Positions 62,248 to 64,000 of a DNA stretch of 64,000 bases are shown here, piece after piece. The stretch spans positions 850,496 to 914,495 of the forward strand of contig CAVPHS010000001.1 in NCBI GenBank assembly GCA_963704805.1, in the 5' to 3' direction. The translations under genes and the position numbers were made by a program. Below the pieces are notes generated by a model. It was not told the origin of the DNA. It ran no database searches and saw nothing but the letters and a program-made list of their open reading frames with translations. This DNA comes from an uncultured Gemmatimonadales bacterium (GTDB lineage: Bacteria; Gemmatimonadota; Gemmatimonadetes; Gemmatimonadales; GWC2-71-9). Each line of letters starts with the position of its first letter. Within the stretch, counting starts at the first letter, position 1.

Positions 62248-62832
62248 TCAGTCCCGGCGATCTTCCAAGTACCCTCGTAATTCATTACGGGCGCGATGGA
62301 TATAAGTTTTGACCGTCCCGAGCGGTAGCTCCAGCGTGTCCGCGATTTCTTCGTAGGAGTACCCCTCGACGTGGCGTAGCACGATGCACGACCGGTACTC
62401 GGGGCGGAGCCGGGCAATGGCTCGTTCGATCGCCGTGCCCAGTTCCCGACTCTCGACCTCGTCGAGCGGGCTCTCCGCCCGGTCGCCGACCTGCAGGGAC
62501 GTCGCACGCATCTGCTCGGGGGTTTCGGCAGCCGGGGAGCCGTCGAGCGAGAGGGTGTCGAGACTTTTGCGGCGCAGGTGATCGATCGCCGCGTTGTTCG
62601 CGATCTTGAAGATCCACGACGAGAACTTGAATTCCGGGCGATACGATTTGATCCCGTTGAGGACCTTGATAAAGGTTTCCTGTGCGAGGTCCTCGGCGAG
62701 CGCGCGATCGCGCACCATCCGATACAGCAGCGAAAACACCGGCCGCTCGTAGCGACGGACGAGCTCGCGGAATGCCGCGTCATGTCCCTGCTTTGCCCAC
62801 GCGACGACCTGCTGATCGCTGGCGTCGCTCAG
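62248..62832 (-). CDS. ECF (sigma-24) RNA polymerase sigma factor
   Basis: Region 2 (DLAQETFIKV, FSSWIFKIANNAAIDHLRR) and region 4 (SYEEIADTLELPLGTVKTYIHRAR) are present. The first canonical start (GTG 62739) truncates conserved region 2.1, so the 5' end is set here at in-frame CTG 62832. That boundary is uncertain. Confidence 0.8.
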   Translation of the reverse strand: MSDASDQQVVAWAKQGHDAAFRELVRRYERPVFSLLYRMVRDRALAEDLAQETFIKVLNGIKSYRPEFKFSSWIFKIANNAAIDHLRRKSLDTLSLDGSPAAETPEQMRATSLQVGDRAESPLDEVESRELGTAIERAIARLRPEYRSCIVLRHVEGYSYEEIADTLELPLGTVKTYIHRARNELRGYLEDRRD

Positions 62833-62857
62833 GTGGTCCGGCCTATCTTTCGCGCCT

Positions 62858-63547
62858 ATGGCTCGCTCTCCAGCCTACGTCCGTGGCATGTTCACGGCGA
62901 TCGCGCCGCGCTACGACTTCCTGAACCACTTGCTGAGCCTCAACGTGGACCGGTCCTGGCGCCGCGCCGCTGTCGCGCGGCTCGGCTGGGAGGCGAAACC
63001 GGACGGTACCTATCTTGACCTCTGCGCCGGCACGCTCGACCTCGCGGCGGAGCTGTCTCGGAGCGACGGCTTTCGTGGCCGTGTCGTCGGCGCCGACTTC
63101 GTCGTGCCGATGCTCAAGCGCGGGCGCCACAAGGCCCCGCGCACGTCGCCCGTCGCCGCGGATGCGCTCGCACTGCCGTTTCCCGCAGCCCGCTTCGACG
63201 GGGCGCTCGTCGGATTCGGCGCCCGCAATCTCGCCAACCTCGACGTCGGCCTGCATGAAGCAGCGCGCGTCCTGAAGCCGGGCGCGCGCTTCGTGATTCT
63301 CGAGCTTGCCACGCCCCGCTTTACGCCGCTGCGGGCCGTGTATCTCTTCTACTTCCGTCGCATTCTGCCGGCCATCGGCCGGCTCGTGTCGAAACATAGA
63401 GATGCATATACCTACCTGCCAGAGTCGGTGCTTGGGTTTCCCGAGCCGGAGGGGCTCTCGCAACGTCTGGTCGCGGCGGGGTTTTCGCGCGTCGGGTTCG
63501 AGCGGCTAACGGGCGGCATCTGCGCCGTCCACTATGGCACTCGATAA
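62858..63547 (+). CDS. ubiE: Demethylmenaquinone/ubiquinone C-methyltransferase
   Basis: Contains MFTAIAPRYDFLNHLLSL, the SAM motif YLDLCAGTLDL and YTYLPESV. Confidence 0.88.
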   Translation: MARSPAYVRGMFTAIAPRYDFLNHLLSLNVDRSWRRAAVARLGWEAKPDGTYLDLCAGTLDLAAELSRSDGFRGRVVGADFVVPMLKRGRHKAPRTSPVAADALALPFPAARFDGALVGFGARNLANLDVGLHEAARVLKPGARFVILELATPRFTPLRAVYLFYFRRILPAIGRLVSKHRDAYTYLPESVLGFPEPEGLSQRLVAAGFSRVGFERLTGGICAVHYGTR

Positions 63548-64000
63548 CCTCCGCGCCTTTATCGCTGCGATCGACAAAGCGGGCGACCTGACGCGCGTCG
63601 ACCGACCCGTTTCCGTCGACAAAGAGATCACCGAAATCGCCGATCGCTGCATGAAATCCGCAGGCGGTGGGCCCGCGCTGCTGTTCACGCAGCCCACGCT
63701 CCGCGGCGGGGGCAGGTCGCGCTACCCAGTGGCGGTGAATCTGTTCGGCTCCGAGCAACGCATGGCGCTCGCACTGGGCGTGGAATGTCTGGATCACGTC
63801 GGCGCGCGCATTTCAGAGCTCGTCGCGCTCAAAGTGCCGGAGGGACTGATCGGCAAGCTCGCGATGCTCCCCCGACTCGCCGAGGTCGCGAAGTTTCCTC
63901 CGAAGACCGTCGGGGGAGGACGCGCGGCGTGCCAGGAGACCGTCATCCGGGAAGCGGACGTCGATCTGTCGCAATTTCCCGTGCCAATCTGCTGGCCCGA
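63534..64000 (+). CDS. UbiD-family decarboxylase, N-terminal part (3' end outside the window)
   Basis: Hand translation from ATG 63534 gives MALDNLRAFIAAIDKAGDLTRVDRPVSVDKEITEIADRCMKSAGGGPALLF...FPVPICWP, which is open to the window end. It overlaps the ubiE stop by 14 nt. Confidence 0.8.
   Translation, partial: MALDNLRAFIAAIDKAGDLTRVDRPVSVDKEITEIADRCMKSAGGGPALLFTQPTLRGGGRSRYPVAVNLFGSEQRMALALGVECLDHVGARISELVALKVPEGLIGKLAMLPRLAEVAKFPPKTVGGGRAACQETVIREADVDLSQFPVPICWP

Noticed and set aside
62223-62783. The 186-aa ORF overlapping the ECF sigma gene in another frame.
   Set aside because: It has no sigma-factor motifs and a Ser/Arg-rich composition. The 62248.. frame carries regions 2 and 4.

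Overview
This is a 64-kb, very GC-rich (roughly two-thirds G+C by eye) chromosomal segment from a diderm bacterium. It carries several outer-membrane beta-barrel genes. The gene content, including LamG and FlgD-Ig type secreted proteins, is reminiscent of Gemmatimonadota or Acidobacteriota, but that is inference only. I call about 58 intact protein genes and 4 decayed genes. I see no rRNA, tRNA, CRISPR, transposase, integrase, phage genes or recognisable defence genes. Genes are packed extremely tightly, and many neighbours share ATGA, GTGA or TTGA stop-start overlaps. The blocks, in order: (1) DUF885 and MFS genes; (2) a K+ homeostasis island: kup, an EamA transporter, a small ORF, kdpFABC, a porin, a DUF4118/GAF mini-KdpD, kdpD and kdpE; (3) about 1.8 kb of gene debris; (4) a roughly 1,390-aa secreted protein with three LamG modules, separated by pure 45- and 47-residue polyproline linkers, fused to a copper-radical (galactose/glyoxal) oxidase; (5) a frameshifted cstA; (6) an SDR, a lipoprotein and an IDH-family dehydrogenase; (7) a Zn-ribbon miniprotein, a DUF4139-like protein and a metallophosphoesterase; (8) gcdH, an unknown 4-repeat protein, etfBA and ETF:quinone oxidoreductase; (9) a 12-kb uninterrupted minus-strand chain: gpmI, OMP, a Mo/W-type ABC permease and ATPase with no binding protein, queD, fdhD, a CoA-binding protein, OMP, mobA, mobB, moeA, GGDEF, M61 peptidase and MarC; (10) guaB; (11) a multiply disrupted amino-acid permease; (12) a DHH phosphoesterase and apbC; (13) MASE1-GGDEF followed by a stressosome module (rsbR-S-T plus a PP2C phosphatase); (14) a MATE transporter and a DUF62 SAM hydrolase; (15) an ECF sigma factor with a ZAS anti-sigma factor; (16) ubiE and a ubiD-family gene. 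I do not see a clear-cut novel defence or mobile system. The most unusual items are the LamG/polyproline/radical-oxidase giant, the kdp operon extensions (porin plus stand-alone KdpD core paralog), the uncharacterised 4-repeat protein inside the glutaryl-CoA/ETF cluster, G8-G10 sense-strand runs including a (G8)x4 array inside fdhD, short GTAC-rich repeats at the 5' ends of envelope-protein genes, and conserved N-termini that lack canonical start codons.
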